From Pseudidiomarina sp. (GTDB taxonomy: Bacteria; Pseudomonadota; Gammaproteobacteria; Enterobacterales; Alteromonadaceae), in assembly GCF_048268165.1 (NCBI RefSeq), contig NZ_JBLWWA010000001.1, positions 526,134-590,133 on the forward strand: a stretch of DNA of 64,000 nucleotides. The letters run 5' to 3'. Positions 1-12,440 of the stretch are shown here, piece after piece (position 1 is the stretch's first letter; each line of letters starts with the position of its first letter). Under the pieces are notes generated by a model. That model searched no databases, was not told the DNA's origin, and saw only the letters and a list, made by a program, of their open reading frames with translations. The position numbers were made by a program, and so were the translations under genes.

Positions 1-1149
1 AGCATGATTTATTTCGGTCTCGAATTATTAAACCCAAGTTGGTTCTACGCTGCATCAGCGCTTATATGCGCCATCATTTCACTGGCTATCGGCAGCTCGT
101 GGACTACAGCTGCAACCATCGGTGTAGCCCTAATGGGCGTTGCTGCAGGTATGGATTTATCACCAGCAATTACCGCCGGCGCAGTGGTTTCAGGTGCATA
201 TTTTGGCGATAAAATGTCGCCATTAAGTGATACCACCAATCTCGCACCAGCTGTAGCAGGTTCAGAATTATTCTCACACATTCGTTACATGGCCTATACG
301 GCAGGTCCCGCATTTATCATTACTTTAATTATATTCTTGATTCTAGGCTTCAACGCCGACAGTTCGGTAAGTCTATTAGAACTGGAAAAAATGCAATTGG
401 AGCTGCGTAACACCTTTAATATCGGTTGGATCATGCTGGTACCATTGTTGGTGCTTCTTTATTTAGCAGCAACGCGCAAGCCAGCCTTGCCAACGGTTTT
501 CTTTGGCGCTCTGCTTGGTGGTGCCTGGGCCGTTATCTTTCAACCAGAAATGATAACTAAAATAGCTGGTGGTGATGAGTCTGTGGTTGGTACCGCCAAA
601 GTTATTTGGGGCGCACTTTCAGACGGGGTAACCATTGAAACGGGCTCTGAAGATCTAGACCAGCTGCTTAGCGGCGGCGGCATGTCGAGCATGCTTAATA
701 CGGTGTGGTTGATTCTCAGTGCCATGACCTTCGGCGCCATCATGGAAAAACTTGGCTTACTGCAACGTCTTATAGCTGGTCTGTTGGGGTATGTGAAGTC
801 GATAGGCAGCTTGATAGGTGCGACATTATTTACCTGTTTCGGGGCGAACATTCTAACTGCCGATCAATACATGGCGATTGTTCTTCCAGGCCGCATGTAT
901 CGTGAAGAGTTTGAGCGGCGCGGATTAGACCCACGCGTGTTATCACGTACGTTGGAAGACAGTGCAACCTTAACGTCCGCATTAATCCCTTGGAATACGT
1001 GTGGTGCCTTTATGATGGGCGCATTGGGCGTTAGCCCATGGATTTATGCACCATTTGCCTTCTTTAACTGGTTAACACCACTAATAGCATTAACTTATGC
1101 TTATACAGGCTTCCGCATCTTACGCTTGCCGGTACCGAAAACCGCTTAA
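1..1149 (+). CDS. nhaC: NhaC-family Na+/H+ antiporter or transporter, 5'-truncated by the window edge
   Basis: Highly hydrophobic ORF with NhaC-family motifs GSSWTTAATIG, SGAYFGDKMSPLSDTTN and SALIPWNTCG. The frame is open from base 1, and the ATG at 4 looks internal. Confidence 0.85.
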   Translation, partial: SMIYFGLELLNPSWFYAASALICAIISLAIGSSWTTAATIGVALMGVAAGMDLSPAITAGAVVSGAYFGDKMSPLSDTTNLAPAVAGSELFSHIRYMAYTAGPAFIITLIIFLILGFNADSSVSLLELEKMQLELRNTFNIGWIMLVPLLVLLYLAATRKPALPTVFFGALLGGAWAVIFQPEMITKIAGGDESVVGTAKVIWGALSDGVTIETGSEDLDQLLSGGGMSSMLNTVWLILSAMTFGAIMEKLGLLQRLIAGLLGYVKSIGSLIGATLFTCFGANILTADQYMAIVLPGRMYREEFERRGLDPRVLSRTLEDSATLTSALIPWNTCGAFMMGALGVSPWIYAPFAFFNWLTPLIALTYAYTGFRILRLPVPKTA

Positions 1150-1169
1150 TTAAACAATTATAGGTAATT

Positions 1170-3791
1170 ATGACTGCACAATTGGCAAAGCTTCGGAGCG
1201 ATTATCAAGCTCCGGAGTTTCGTATCACCTCGGTCGATTTAACTGTTGATCTGCATGATTCCCGAACGCATGTGACCAATCGCATGCAGATCGAGCCGAT
1301 TACAGCTTGTACAGAGTTGCGCTTGCATGGCGAGCATATGTCGTTGCAGAGCGTTAAAATTAACGGCCAAAGCTTGTCGGAACAGGATTACCAGATTACC
1401 GATAAAGCACTAACCCTTACCTGTGTGCCAAAGGAAGCGTTTGAGTTAACTATCGTCAATACCATTAACCCTGCTGCAAATAGCGCCCTTGAGGGACTTT
1501 ATAAGTCGGGTGGGGCGTTCTGCACCCAATGTGAAGCTGAAGGGTTCCGACGCATTACCTATTATTTGGATAGACCGGACATTCTTGCGATTTTTACCAC
1601 AACAATTACCGCAGATAAGCAAACTTATCCTTATTTATTGAGCAACGGAAATGCTGTCGCTCAAGGTGATAACAGTGATGGAACGCATTGGGTACGTTGG
1701 CATGATCCGCATCCGAAACCAGCTTATTTGTTCGCTTTGGTAGCTGGTGATTTTGAGGTTTTAACAGACCATTACACCACCAAAAGTGGTCGTGAAGTTT
1801 TATTGCAGCTATTTGTTGACCACGGGAATTTAAAGCGTGCGGACTATGCAATGGCAGCTTTAAAAAATTCGATGCGCTGGGATGAAGAACGATTTGGCCT
1901 TGAATACGATTTAGATATTTATATGATTGTCGCCGTTGATTTCTTCAACATGGGGGCAATGGAAAATAAAGGCTTAAACGTATTTAATTCACGCTATGTG
2001 TTGGCCGATTCAAAAACAGCAACCGACCAAGATTTTTTGAATGTAGAATCGGTGATAGGGCACGAGTATTTCCATAATTGGACGGGTAATCGAATTACCT
2101 GTCGTGATTGGTTTCAACTGAGTTTAAAAGAAGGCTTAACAGTATTCCGCGACCAGGAATTCAGTTCAGACCTCGGCTCACGGGCCGTTAATCGCATTGA
2201 TGCAATTCGTATTATTCGAACCCATCAGTTCAATGAAGATGCCAGCCCTATGGCGCATCCGATCCGTCCCGACAAAGTTATAGAAATGAATAATTTTTAT
2301 ACGGTAACGGTTTATAACAAGGGCGCCGAAGTTATTCGTATGCTGCACACCTTACTGGGTGAAAAGGGCTTTCAAGCCGGTATGAAGCTCTATGTGCAAC
2401 GTCATGATGGCCAGGCTGTGACCTGTGATGACTTTGTCGCGGCAATGGCGGACGCAACTAATACGGACTTAAGGCATTTTCAGCGGTGGTACAGTCAAGC
2501 TGGAACGCCGACAGTTAAGGTTAGCCAGCATTACGATGCTCAGGCTAAAACATTAACCTTAAAATTCGCGCAGGAAACACCGCCAACCCCCGGCCAAGCG
2601 GAAAAGTTGGCGGTACATATTCCAATTTTGCTCAGTGCATACACGGCAAATGGTCAATTGATCGCGATGCAGCATCCACAGCTTCGCCGCCATGAGTCGG
2701 GGAGTTTACTATTTGAACTCACAAAGCAAACCGACCAGCTGACGATTGAAAATATTGAGGAAGCTCCGGTATTGGCATTGCTCGAGAACTTCAGCGCTCC
2801 GGTAAAATTGGAATTCGAGCAAGATTTTTCAGACAGCATTGTATTGCTTGCGAATGCGCAACAGGATGTAACTCGCTGGGAAGCTGCTCAACACATTTAT
2901 ACCAAATTAATTCTCGATGCGGTAAGCAATCAACACCCGCTTGAACTTCCGCAGTCCGTCGCGAAAGCCTTGCAGAATATGGCAGCCACACCGCTTGATG
3001 CGGCATTAAAATCACTGGTGGTAACGCCGCCAACGGTGGAGGAAATAGCGGAATATTTTACCCGAAATATACCCTTGGCAGCCATTGATGATGCGGTAAA
3101 TAGCTTGCGTCAACAAATTGCAAATTGTTTACATAACGAGTTTCTAGCCATTTGGACAACGCGCAAGCAAGAGCCATATCAGCTAAGCGGTTCGGCGATT
3201 GCGAATCGAAGCTTGCAGCATACTGCGCTTTACTATCTTGCCCTGAATAAGCCGGCACAGTTTAGTAATGAAGTTGCTCGTTACTTTTCAAAAGCGGACA
3301 ACATGACCGCACAGCAAAGTGCCTTGCAAATTGCGGTGCATCTTAACTTGGACAGCAAGCAACAGTTGTTGGATGCTTTTGAGCAACAATGGCAAAATGA
3401 TCCACTCGTTCTGGATAAATGGTTTGCGATTCAAGCGGGCGCCCCGCATGCGGATGTTGCAGAAACCGTAGCAACTCTGAAAAAACACAGTCGCTTCAAT
3501 CCGGATAATCCAAATCGTCAATACGCTTTATATGCTACTTTTGGGCGTAACATGGTGCAATTTCACCGCGCTGACGGTGCTGGATATCGGTTAATGGCCG
3601 ATATGATCAGCTACTTAAACACGAAGAACCCACAAGTTGCAGCGCGTCTTGTTACACCGTTAACCCAATGGCGCCGTTACGATGAGCAACGCCAGCAACA
3701 GATGAAAGCGGTACTTGAAGGCTTGCATAAATTGCCAGCTTTGGCCTCTGATTTAGATGAAAAAATAAGCCAAAGTCTCGCAACAGATTAG
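1170..3791 (+). CDS. pepN: Aminopeptidase N (M1 zinc metallopeptidase)
   Basis: 873 aa with GAMEN and HEYFH...E (HEXXH-X18-E) motifs. The N-terminus resembles E. coli PepN. Confidence 0.97.
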   Translation: MTAQLAKLRSDYQAPEFRITSVDLTVDLHDSRTHVTNRMQIEPITACTELRLHGEHMSLQSVKINGQSLSEQDYQITDKALTLTCVPKEAFELTIVNTINPAANSALEGLYKSGGAFCTQCEAEGFRRITYYLDRPDILAIFTTTITADKQTYPYLLSNGNAVAQGDNSDGTHWVRWHDPHPKPAYLFALVAGDFEVLTDHYTTKSGREVLLQLFVDHGNLKRADYAMAALKNSMRWDEERFGLEYDLDIYMIVAVDFFNMGAMENKGLNVFNSRYVLADSKTATDQDFLNVESVIGHEYFHNWTGNRITCRDWFQLSLKEGLTVFRDQEFSSDLGSRAVNRIDAIRIIRTHQFNEDASPMAHPIRPDKVIEMNNFYTVTVYNKGAEVIRMLHTLLGEKGFQAGMKLYVQRHDGQAVTCDDFVAAMADATNTDLRHFQRWYSQAGTPTVKVSQHYDAQAKTLTLKFAQETPPTPGQAEKLAVHIPILLSAYTANGQLIAMQHPQLRRHESGSLLFELTKQTDQLTIENIEEAPVLALLENFSAPVKLEFEQDFSDSIVLLANAQQDVTRWEAAQHIYTKLILDAVSNQHPLELPQSVAKALQNMAATPLDAALKSLVVTPPTVEEIAEYFTRNIPLAAIDDAVNSLRQQIANCLHNEFLAIWTTRKQEPYQLSGSAIANRSLQHTALYYLALNKPAQFSNEVARYFSKADNMTAQQSALQIAVHLNLDSKQQLLDAFEQQWQNDPLVLDKWFAIQAGAPHADVAETVATLKKHSRFNPDNPNRQYALYATFGRNMVQFHRADGAGYRLMADMISYLNTKNPQVAARLVTPLTQWRRYDEQRQQQMKAVLEGLHKLPALASDLDEKISQSLATD

Positions 3792-3842
3792 GCTGAATTT
3801 GATCGGCTTTGTAATAAACATGCAAAGCATCCTCATAATCAT

Positions 3843-3884
3843 GTTCAGACCCCGAAAACCGTGGTCTGAACACTGGTTTTTTCG
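3843..3884 (+). other. Inverted repeat(s) downstream of pepN (possible terminator or alternative hairpins)
   Basis: GTTCAGACC (3843-3851) pairs with GGTCTGAAC (3863-3871). An overlapping alternative pairing is CGAAAACCGTG with CACTGGTTTTTTCG. Confidence 0.5.
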
Positions 3885-4008
3885 TGATAATAAGCATTGA
3901 ATAACCAACCTAAATGTCCGACAATGATGGCAATTATTTCGTTGGGTGATAGCGACCTATAGCAACTATCACAACTTCGTAATACCTATCACGTAAAAGG
4001 ACACCATC

Positions 4009-7000
4009 ATGAATGCGTTTGGCGAAGGCCAGATTCCCGTTGTTTTGCAGAAGGTGGCTGAGCTGATTCAGCAACGCGCTACCGACCGAGCCGATTTAAT
4101 CAAAGATTTTGCGATGAGGTTATTCCGCAATATCTCACCGGATGATCTCTCGCTGCGAAATGACAGCGACATGTATGGTGCTGTAATGGGCTTGTGGCAC
4201 ACGTTTAACGACTACAATCCCGGCGAAAAAGCGCTCATCAAAATCTACAATCCAGAAGTGCCGCGTCACGGCTGGGAGTCGGCGCATACTATTATTGAAG
4301 TCATTCAATCGGATAGTCCGTTTATGGTGGACTCGATTCGCATGGCTTTGTCGCGCTTAGGTATTACATCGCACTTACTTTTGCATCTGCCCATAAGCCA
4401 TAAGCGTGACGAGAAAAATCAAATTACTGAGCTTCTCAAAGCCGGTACCCGCAACGAAGATAACGAAGTGGATACGGTTTTCCTGATTGAAGTGGATCGT
4501 CAAACCAGTAAAGAAGCGATCACCACCTTGAAGAAAGAGCTTGCGTCAGTTATGGACGAAATTAACTTATCCGTATCGGATTGGTTACCTATGCGTGAGC
4601 GTCTCAGCGAAATAGCGGCAAGCCTCAGTGACATCAATTACCCAGGTGACAAGAAGCAACTTCAAGAAGCACAGCGCTTCTTGGGGTGGCTGGCGAAAGA
4701 CAACTTCACGTTAATGGGGTATCGCCGCTACGATTTATCGCCGGTAAAAGGTGACTACGTCATTCGTCAAGTGGCCGAATCAAGCCTCGGTTTGATGCGA
4801 AAAAGTGCGAACAACAAAGAACGGTTGGTATCGTCTCTACCCGAAGTTGCCCGCGATCTTACCTTTGATAACAGTTTACTGCTATTAACTAAAACGAATA
4901 CCAAATCGCGCGTTCATCGTCCTGCATACTGTGATTACATTGGGATTAAACGGTTCGATAAAAACGGCAAGGTTATTGGCGAAGACCGCTTTATTGGCTT
5001 GTACTCAAGTAGTTTTTACAACAATAGCGCCCGCGATGTGCCGTTGGTCGGTGATAAAATTAGACGCGTTATGGAAGAGTCTGGTTTTGCGCCGAACTCA
5101 CACGCTGCAAAAGCACTGTTGAACATTTTAGAAACTTATCCACGTGATGAGATCGTGCAGGCACCTGAAGATGACTTATTGGAAGTCGGTTTAGGCGTTT
5201 TGCAAATGCAAGAGCGCGACATGACCCGAGTTTTTGTGCGCCGTGATATTTTTGGTCGGTTCGCATCCTGCATGGTGTACGTGCCAAAAGAGCGCTACAA
5301 CACCTTGTTACGACAAAAAACACAGCAAATTCTCGCCCGCACTTTAGCTGGCACCAGTGATGTAGATTTCACCACATACTTTTCGGAATCATCGCTAGCC
5401 CGAACTCATTACACCGTGCGCCTCGGCGAACACGTACAGGACATTGACGTGAAAGAACTTGAACAAAACCTTATTGAAGCAGCCCGCACTTGGGAAGACA
5501 ACTTTGAGCGAATTTTAAGCAGCACCTTTGGCGAAGCAAAAGCCAATGCACTCAACAAGCGCTATTCCAATGCGTTCCCGCGTGCGTATAAAGAAGAAGT
5601 ACTGCCCTCGGTCGCGATTGCCGATATCGCGCAAATTGAAGCGCTTGATGACGACCACAAACTTGGCATGCTGTTTTATCGTTCGCGTGAAGAAAATGAA
5701 ACCAGTAAGAAAATTCGGTTAAAACTATTCCACAAAGACGAGCCAATTCACTTGTCTGACGTATTACCTATGTTGGAAAACTTTGGCCTGCGTATTATTG
5801 GTGAAAGCCCGTATCAGATTAAAACGACCGATGGCAGCTTGTTCTGGATACTTGATTTCCAAATGCTGCACAGCAACGCGAAACTTGACCTTGAGGCGAG
5901 CCGTGATTTATTCCAAAACGGATTTGCCAAAGTTTGGGACGGGTTGTACGAAGATGATGGTTTTAACCGTCTCGTCTTAAGTGCAGGATTAACTGGCCGG
6001 CAGGTAATCATTTTACGTATGTTTGCAAAATACATGCGCCAAATTGGTACCACATTTAGCCAAGCCTATATTGAGAGCACGTTCAGTAAGTACCCTCTGA
6101 TCGCTAAACTTATTGTGAAGCTGTTCTATTCGAAATTTGATCCGAAAGAGAAAAGTCGCGACAAGAAAATTGAAGCGCTTGAAACACGTATCAATTCAGA
6201 ATTGGAAAACGTTGCGAACTTGGATGATGACCGCATCATTCGTCGCTATGTTGAGCTCATTTTGGCTGCTTTGCGCACCAACTTCTTCCAAAGTGACGAG
6301 CAGGGCAATGAAAAGCCATACATCTCCGTGAAATTTATGCCGGAAATGATTCCAGAAATGCCACTGCCATTGCCGAAATATGAGATTTTTGTTTATTCAC
6401 CGCGCGTGGAAGGTGTTCACCTGCGCGGTGGCAAGGTTGCTCGTGGCGGTTTGCGTTGGTCTGACCGTCGCGAAGACTTCCGCACCGAAGTGCTCGGTTT
6501 GGTTAAAGCACAGCAGGTTAAAAATACAGTTATCGTTCCTGTGGGTGCGAAAGGTGGCTTTTTCTGTAAAAACTTACCGGAAGAGCGCGAAGCGTTCTTT
6601 GAAGAAGGTAAAAACTGCTACCGCACCTTTATTCGTGCTCTGTTAGATATTACCGATAACATTGTGAGTGGCGAAGTAGTTCCACCGAAAGACGTTGTAC
6701 GCCATGATGAAGATGATACTTACTTAGTTGTTGCAGCGGATAAAGGTACAGCAACTTTCTCAGACATTGCCAATGGTATTTCTGCTGAATACAACTTCTG
6801 GTTGGGTGATGCTTTCGCGTCGGGTGGTTCGGTTGGTTACGACCATAAAAAAATGGGCATTACCGCACGCGGCGCGTGGGAATCGGTTAAACGTCATTTC
6901 CGTGAAATGGGGATCGATTGTCAAACCACCGATTTTACCGCGGTTGGGGTGGGTGATATGGCTGGTGACGTGTTCGGTAACGGTATGCTGTTATCTAAAC

Positions 7001-8853
7001 ACACCCGTTTAGTTGGCGCATTCAACCATTTACACATTTTTGTGGACCCAAATCCAAGTGCCGAAAAAACCTATGCTGAACGTGAACGTTTGTTTAAGCT
7101 GCCGCGTTCATCTTGGGAGGATTTTGACAAATCACTGATTTCAGAAGGTGGTGGTATATTCTCGCGAAGCGCGAAAGCAATTGAACTACCGCCCGAAATG
7201 AAAAAATTATTCAATACGCAGAAGAAGACCTTCACGCCGAATGAATTGATCAAAGCCATTTTGACGCTTAACGTTGATTTGTTCTGGAACGGTGGTATCG
7301 GTACTTACGTTAAATCGGCCAAAGAGAGTGACAGTGACGTAGGCGACCGCGCCAACGATGCATTGCGCATCAACGGTAAAGATTTGCGCGCGAAAATTGT
7401 GGGCGAGGGCGGTAATTTAGGCTTCACCCAACTCGGTCGTATTGAGTATGCCCGCACAGGCGGCCGCATAAACACGGATGCCATAGATAACGTGGGTGGT
7501 GTGGACTGCTCAGATAACGAAGTTAATATCAAAATTTTGCTAAATGGCTTGGTTGCAAGCGGTGATTTAACGCGTAAGCAACGCGATCAACTGTTATACG
7601 ACATGACCGACGAAGTATCACAAATCGTGATTAAAGATTGTTTCCGTCAGTCACAATCAATTTCAGTGACAGCGATTCGTGGTGCCGATCAAATCAAAGA
7701 GTTGCAGCGTTTTATTCATCATTTGGAACGCGAAGGGCAGTTAAACCGTGCGCTCGAGTTTTTGCCGGATGACGATGAGTTAGCCGAGCGTCAGGCGCAA
7801 GGGAAGGGCCTTACACGCCCTGAACTCGCTGTAATAACTGCTTATGGCAAGATGGTTCTGAAAGAACAGTTGCTTGACGATGCAATCATGTCTGATCCGT
7901 TCCATGCGCGTTCATTGATCAATGCGTTCCCGAAACCGCTGCAAGAAAAATACGCGGAAGCAATGGAAAACCATCCATTGCGCGGCCAAATCATTGCAAC
8001 CCGTTTGGCGAACAACATTGTCAACGATATGGGCCCGAACTTTGTGTATCGCAAGGTAGACGCTACAGGCGCAACGGAAGCTGAAGTTGCGTCAGCGTAT
8101 GTGGTTGCCCGCGAATGCTTTGATTTACGTGCATTAATGGAACAAATTGAAGCGTGTAACAACAAGATTCCGGCCGATGTACAAAACGGCATGTTATTCC
8201 AAATCCGCCGTGTTGTGCGTCGCTCTACACGTTGGTTCTTGCGCCATCGCAATCCAAACCTAGCAACTATTCAGGAACAAATTGATTTCTATAAATCAAG
8301 TTTCGATGACTTGCGCAAAAACGTGCTGACTTATTTGGTTGATGACGAGCGTGCACAAATCGAGAAACAAATTGATAAGTTACAAGCGCAAGGTGTACCA
8401 GCGAAACTGGCGCATAACATTGCGATTCTAACCACTTTGTTCTCAGCCCTGGACTTAGCCGATATCTCACATGAAACAGGTCGCCAAGTCGGTACTGTTG
8501 CGAAGGCCTACTTTAACCTTGGTTCACGCGTTTCGTTGCATTGGTTCCTTGATCAAATCAACAGTCAGCCGGTTGATAACCATTGGCAAGCGCTTGCACG
8601 CGCAGCCTTCCGCGAGGAGCTTGACTGGCAACAACGTTCACTCACCATGAGCATGTTGAAAGCAGGAGATACCAAGCAAGACGCTATGGCCGTTCTCGAT
8701 ACATGGATAAGTGACAACAAAGTTTACGTCGACCGTTGGTTGGTTATGCTATCTGACTTCCGCACCACGAAAACTCATGAGTTTGCGAAATTCTCAGTTG
8801 CTTTACGTGAGCTGATGTTATTGAACCATAATTGCACGTCGGTAAATTCATAA
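4009..8853 (+). CDS. gdhB: Large NAD-specific glutamate dehydrogenase
   Basis: 1614 aa with [39 protein letters not shown] and [13 protein letters not shown] motifs of the large bacterial GDH family. AAGGA RBS. Confidence 0.96.
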   Translation: MNAFGEGQIPVVLQKVAELIQQRATDRADLIKDFAMRLFRNISPDDLSLRNDSDMYGAVMGLWHTFNDYNPGEKALIKIYNPEVPRHGWESAHTIIEVIQSDSPFMVDSIRMALSRLGITSHLLLHLPISHKRDEKNQITELLKAGTRNEDNEVDTVFLIEVDRQTSKEAITTLKKELASVMDEINLSVSDWLPMRERLSEIAASLSDINYPGDKKQLQEAQRFLGWLAKDNFTLMGYRRYDLSPVKGDYVIRQVAESSLGLMRKSANNKERLVSSLPEVARDLTFDNSLLLLTKTNTKSRVHRPAYCDYIGIKRFDKNGKVIGEDRFIGLYSSSFYNNSARDVPLVGDKIRRVMEESGFAPNSHAAKALLNILETYPRDEIVQAPEDDLLEVGLGVLQMQERDMTRVFVRRDIFGRFASCMVYVPKERYNTLLRQKTQQILARTLAGTSDVDFTTYFSESSLARTHYTVRLGEHVQDIDVKELEQNLIEAARTWEDNFERILSSTFGEAKANALNKRYSNAFPRAYKEEVLPSVAIADIAQIEALDDDHKLGMLFYRSREENETSKKIRLKLFHKDEPIHLSDVLPMLENFGLRIIGESPYQIKTTDGSLFWILDFQMLHSNAKLDLEASRDLFQNGFAKVWDGLYEDDGFNRLVLSAGLTGRQVIILRMFAKYMRQIGTTFSQAYIESTFSKYPLIAKLIVKLFYSKFDPKEKSRDKKIEALETRINSELENVANLDDDRIIRRYVELILAALRTNFFQSDEQGNEKPYISVKFMPEMIPEMPLPLPKYEIFVYSPRVEGVHLRGGKVARGGLRWSDRREDFRTEVLGLVKAQQVKNTVIVPVGAKGGFFCKNLPEEREAFFEEGKNCYRTFIRALLDITDNIVSGEVVPPKDVVRHDEDDTYLVVAADKGTATFSDIANGISAEYNFWLGDAFASGGSVGYDHKKMGITARGAWESVKRHFREMGIDCQTTDFTAVGVGDMAGDVFGNGMLLSKHTRLVGAFNHLHIFVDPNPSAEKTYAERERLFKLPRSSWEDFDKSLISEGGGIFSRSAKAIELPPEMKKLFNTQKKTFTPNELIKAILTLNVDLFWNGGIGTYVKSAKESDSDVGDRANDALRINGKDLRAKIVGEGGNLGFTQLGRIEYARTGGRINTDAIDNVGGVDCSDNEVNIKILLNGLVASGDLTRKQRDQLLYDMTDEVSQIVIKDCFRQSQSISVTAIRGADQIKELQRFIHHLEREGQLNRALEFLPDDDELAERQAQGKGLTRPELAVITAYGKMVLKEQLLDDAIMSDPFHARSLINAFPKPLQEKYAEAMENHPLRGQIIATRLANNIVNDMGPNFVYRKVDATGATEAEVASAYVVARECFDLRALMEQIEACNNKIPADVQNGMLFQIRRVVRRSTRWFLRHRNPNLATIQEQIDFYKSSFDDLRKNVLTYLVDDERAQIEKQIDKLQAQGVPAKLAHNIAILTTLFSALDLADISHETGRQVGTVAKAYFNLGSRVSLHWFLDQINSQPVDNHWQALARAAFREELDWQQRSLTMSMLKAGDTKQDAMAVLDTWISDNKVYVDRWLVMLSDFRTTKTHEFAKFSVALRELMLLNHNCTSVNS

Positions 8854-8855
8854 TT

Positions 8856-9863
8856 ATGTATGCACTCATGCGTAAATGGCTGTTCAGTAAGGATGCTGAA
8901 CAGTCACACGATTTGACTTTAAATTTACTTAAGAAGTTTGCGCACACGCCGTTTTCAATTGCGTGGCGGCAGCGCTTGGCACATCGTCCAGTCACGGTGA
9001 TGGGAATTGAATTTCCAAACCCCGTAGGTTTAGCCGCAGGACTCGACAAAAACGCAGAGTGTATCGATGCTTTTTCGCAGATGGGGTTTGGCTTCATCGA
9101 AGTAGGCACCGTAACACCGCGCCCGCAACCGGGAAATCCAAAGCCACGTCTGTTTCGCATTACAGAAAAAGAAGCCATAATTAATCGTATGGGTTTCAAC
9201 AATTTAGGTGTTGATCATCTTGTTGAACAGGTGCGCCAGGCAAAATTCAGTGGTGTGTTAGGGATTAACATTGGTAAGAATAAAGACACACCTGAAGCTG
9301 AGGCGGTACAAGATTATCTGCACTGTATGCGCAAGGTCTATGCGTTTGCGGCCTATATTACGGTAAATATTTCATCACCTAACACACCGGGGCTGCGTGA
9401 GTTTCAGCACGGGAGTGCGTTGGATTCGCTATTAGCAGCTTTAAAGGCCGAGCAAGCTGAACTTGAGAGCAAATATGGCCGTTACGTTCCAATCGCGGTC
9501 AAGATTGCGCCAGATTTAACCGATGAAGGTATTTGCGCAATCACTGATGCGCTCATGACACATCATATTGATGCTGTAATTGCCACCAACACCACGCTGA
9601 GTCGGGAAGCTGTTGCAGGTTTACCTCATGCGGATGAAGCCGGGGGCTTAAGTGGTAAAGTCTTGTTTGAGGCCAGTACTCATGTTGTGAAAGTTATTGC
9701 GAAACATAGTAAAGGCCAGTTACCGATTATTGCTGTAGGCGGTATTGATAGCGCGCAGGCAGCAAAAGATAAATTAGCAGCAGGTGCAAGTTTGGTACAA
9801 ATCTATACCGGATTTATTTATCACGGTCCGCGATTAGTAAGAGATATTGTCAACAGCTTGTAA
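8856..9863 (+). CDS. pyrD: Quinone-dependent dihydroorotate dehydrogenase (class 2)
   Basis: [30 protein letters not shown] and GGLSG motifs. Start moved to ATG 8856, just after the gdhB stop (ORF track gives 8832). Confidence 0.96.
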   Translation: MYALMRKWLFSKDAEQSHDLTLNLLKKFAHTPFSIAWRQRLAHRPVTVMGIEFPNPVGLAAGLDKNAECIDAFSQMGFGFIEVGTVTPRPQPGNPKPRLFRITEKEAIINRMGFNNLGVDHLVEQVRQAKFSGVLGINIGKNKDTPEAEAVQDYLHCMRKVYAFAAYITVNISSPNTPGLREFQHGSALDSLLAALKAEQAELESKYGRYVPIAVKIAPDLTDEGICAITDALMTHHIDAVIATNTTLSREAVAGLPHADEAGGLSGKVLFEASTHVVKVIAKHSKGQLPIIAVGGIDSAQAAKDKLAAGASLVQIYTGFIYHGPRLVRDIVNSL

Positions 9864-9917
9864 ATTGGTACGCATTTAGATACTTTAATTGCTAGATTTT
9901 CTCGACAAGGATATGAC

Positions 9918-10466
9918 GTGCACGCGACACAACAATGGCGCTGGGTTTATGATCCAGACCAACAACAATTGCAGATTGAGCTGGAGCAGGGGCTGGTGCA
10001 TACAGCGCCCTACAAGGCTTCGCGATTGGTGCCGTTGCATGCATTAAATGCTACGTTTTCAACAGAAGATGCAGCAAACTTTCAGAGCTTTTTTGACGCT
10101 CTTGATGAACACCATCGACTTAGCCCACAAACAATACTTGAAGCTGCGTTAAACCATACGATTTACCAAAAATTTGGCCGGCCGCAAATGCCGCAAAGTT
10201 GGTATTTCCAAACTGCCGACGTAACGCCAAACTACCCGTTAACAGTAGGCACATTGGTGCGATTAAACTCAGGGCTTGCGGACGTATTGTGTGCGATATG
10301 CACAACCGACGGTGAGTTCGTTGAGTGCATGGTTTTAGCGGATAAGTTTCCGCTGTCTGATATTAAAACCTTAAGTCAATATGACGTGATTAAGGTAATG
10401 CCTAACCGGCTCCAGTCTGCCTTTGCCGATACGCACCAACAGCCAGATAACCTGCGTCAAGCTTAG
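9918..10466 (+). CDS. zapC: Cell division protein ZapC
   Basis: N-terminal WRWxYD, PQMPQSWYF and C-terminal DVIKVMPNRL match ZapC. It sits in the conserved position after pyrD. GTG start with AAGGA RBS. Confidence 0.85.
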   Translation: MHATQQWRWVYDPDQQQLQIELEQGLVHTAPYKASRLVPLHALNATFSTEDAANFQSFFDALDEHHRLSPQTILEAALNHTIYQKFGRPQMPQSWYFQTADVTPNYPLTVGTLVRLNSGLADVLCAICTTDGEFVECMVLADKFPLSDIKTLSQYDVIKVMPNRLQSAFADTHQQPDNLRQA

Positions 10467-10469
10467 TTC

Positions 10470-12266
<1,797 letters not shown>

Positions 12267-12440
12267 TCCGATGCTGCGCATGTTATAGATACCCCAACCT
12301 AAACGCAATAGCTAAATTCACCGTTCGCTTATTTAATAGTCGATTCCGGTTTAACCGCCCAATAAACAAGCAATTCGCGCAATACAGACGGTGCCGATTT
12401 CGCTATAATAGCCGCCATGATAACTAACCTTGATAATTCA

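Noticed and set aside
8744-9202. Long antisense ORFs such as 8744-9202, 7842-8252, 15068-15505, 36373-36753 and 62189-62527
   Set aside because: They lie opposite well-supported conserved genes and show no independent protein motifs.
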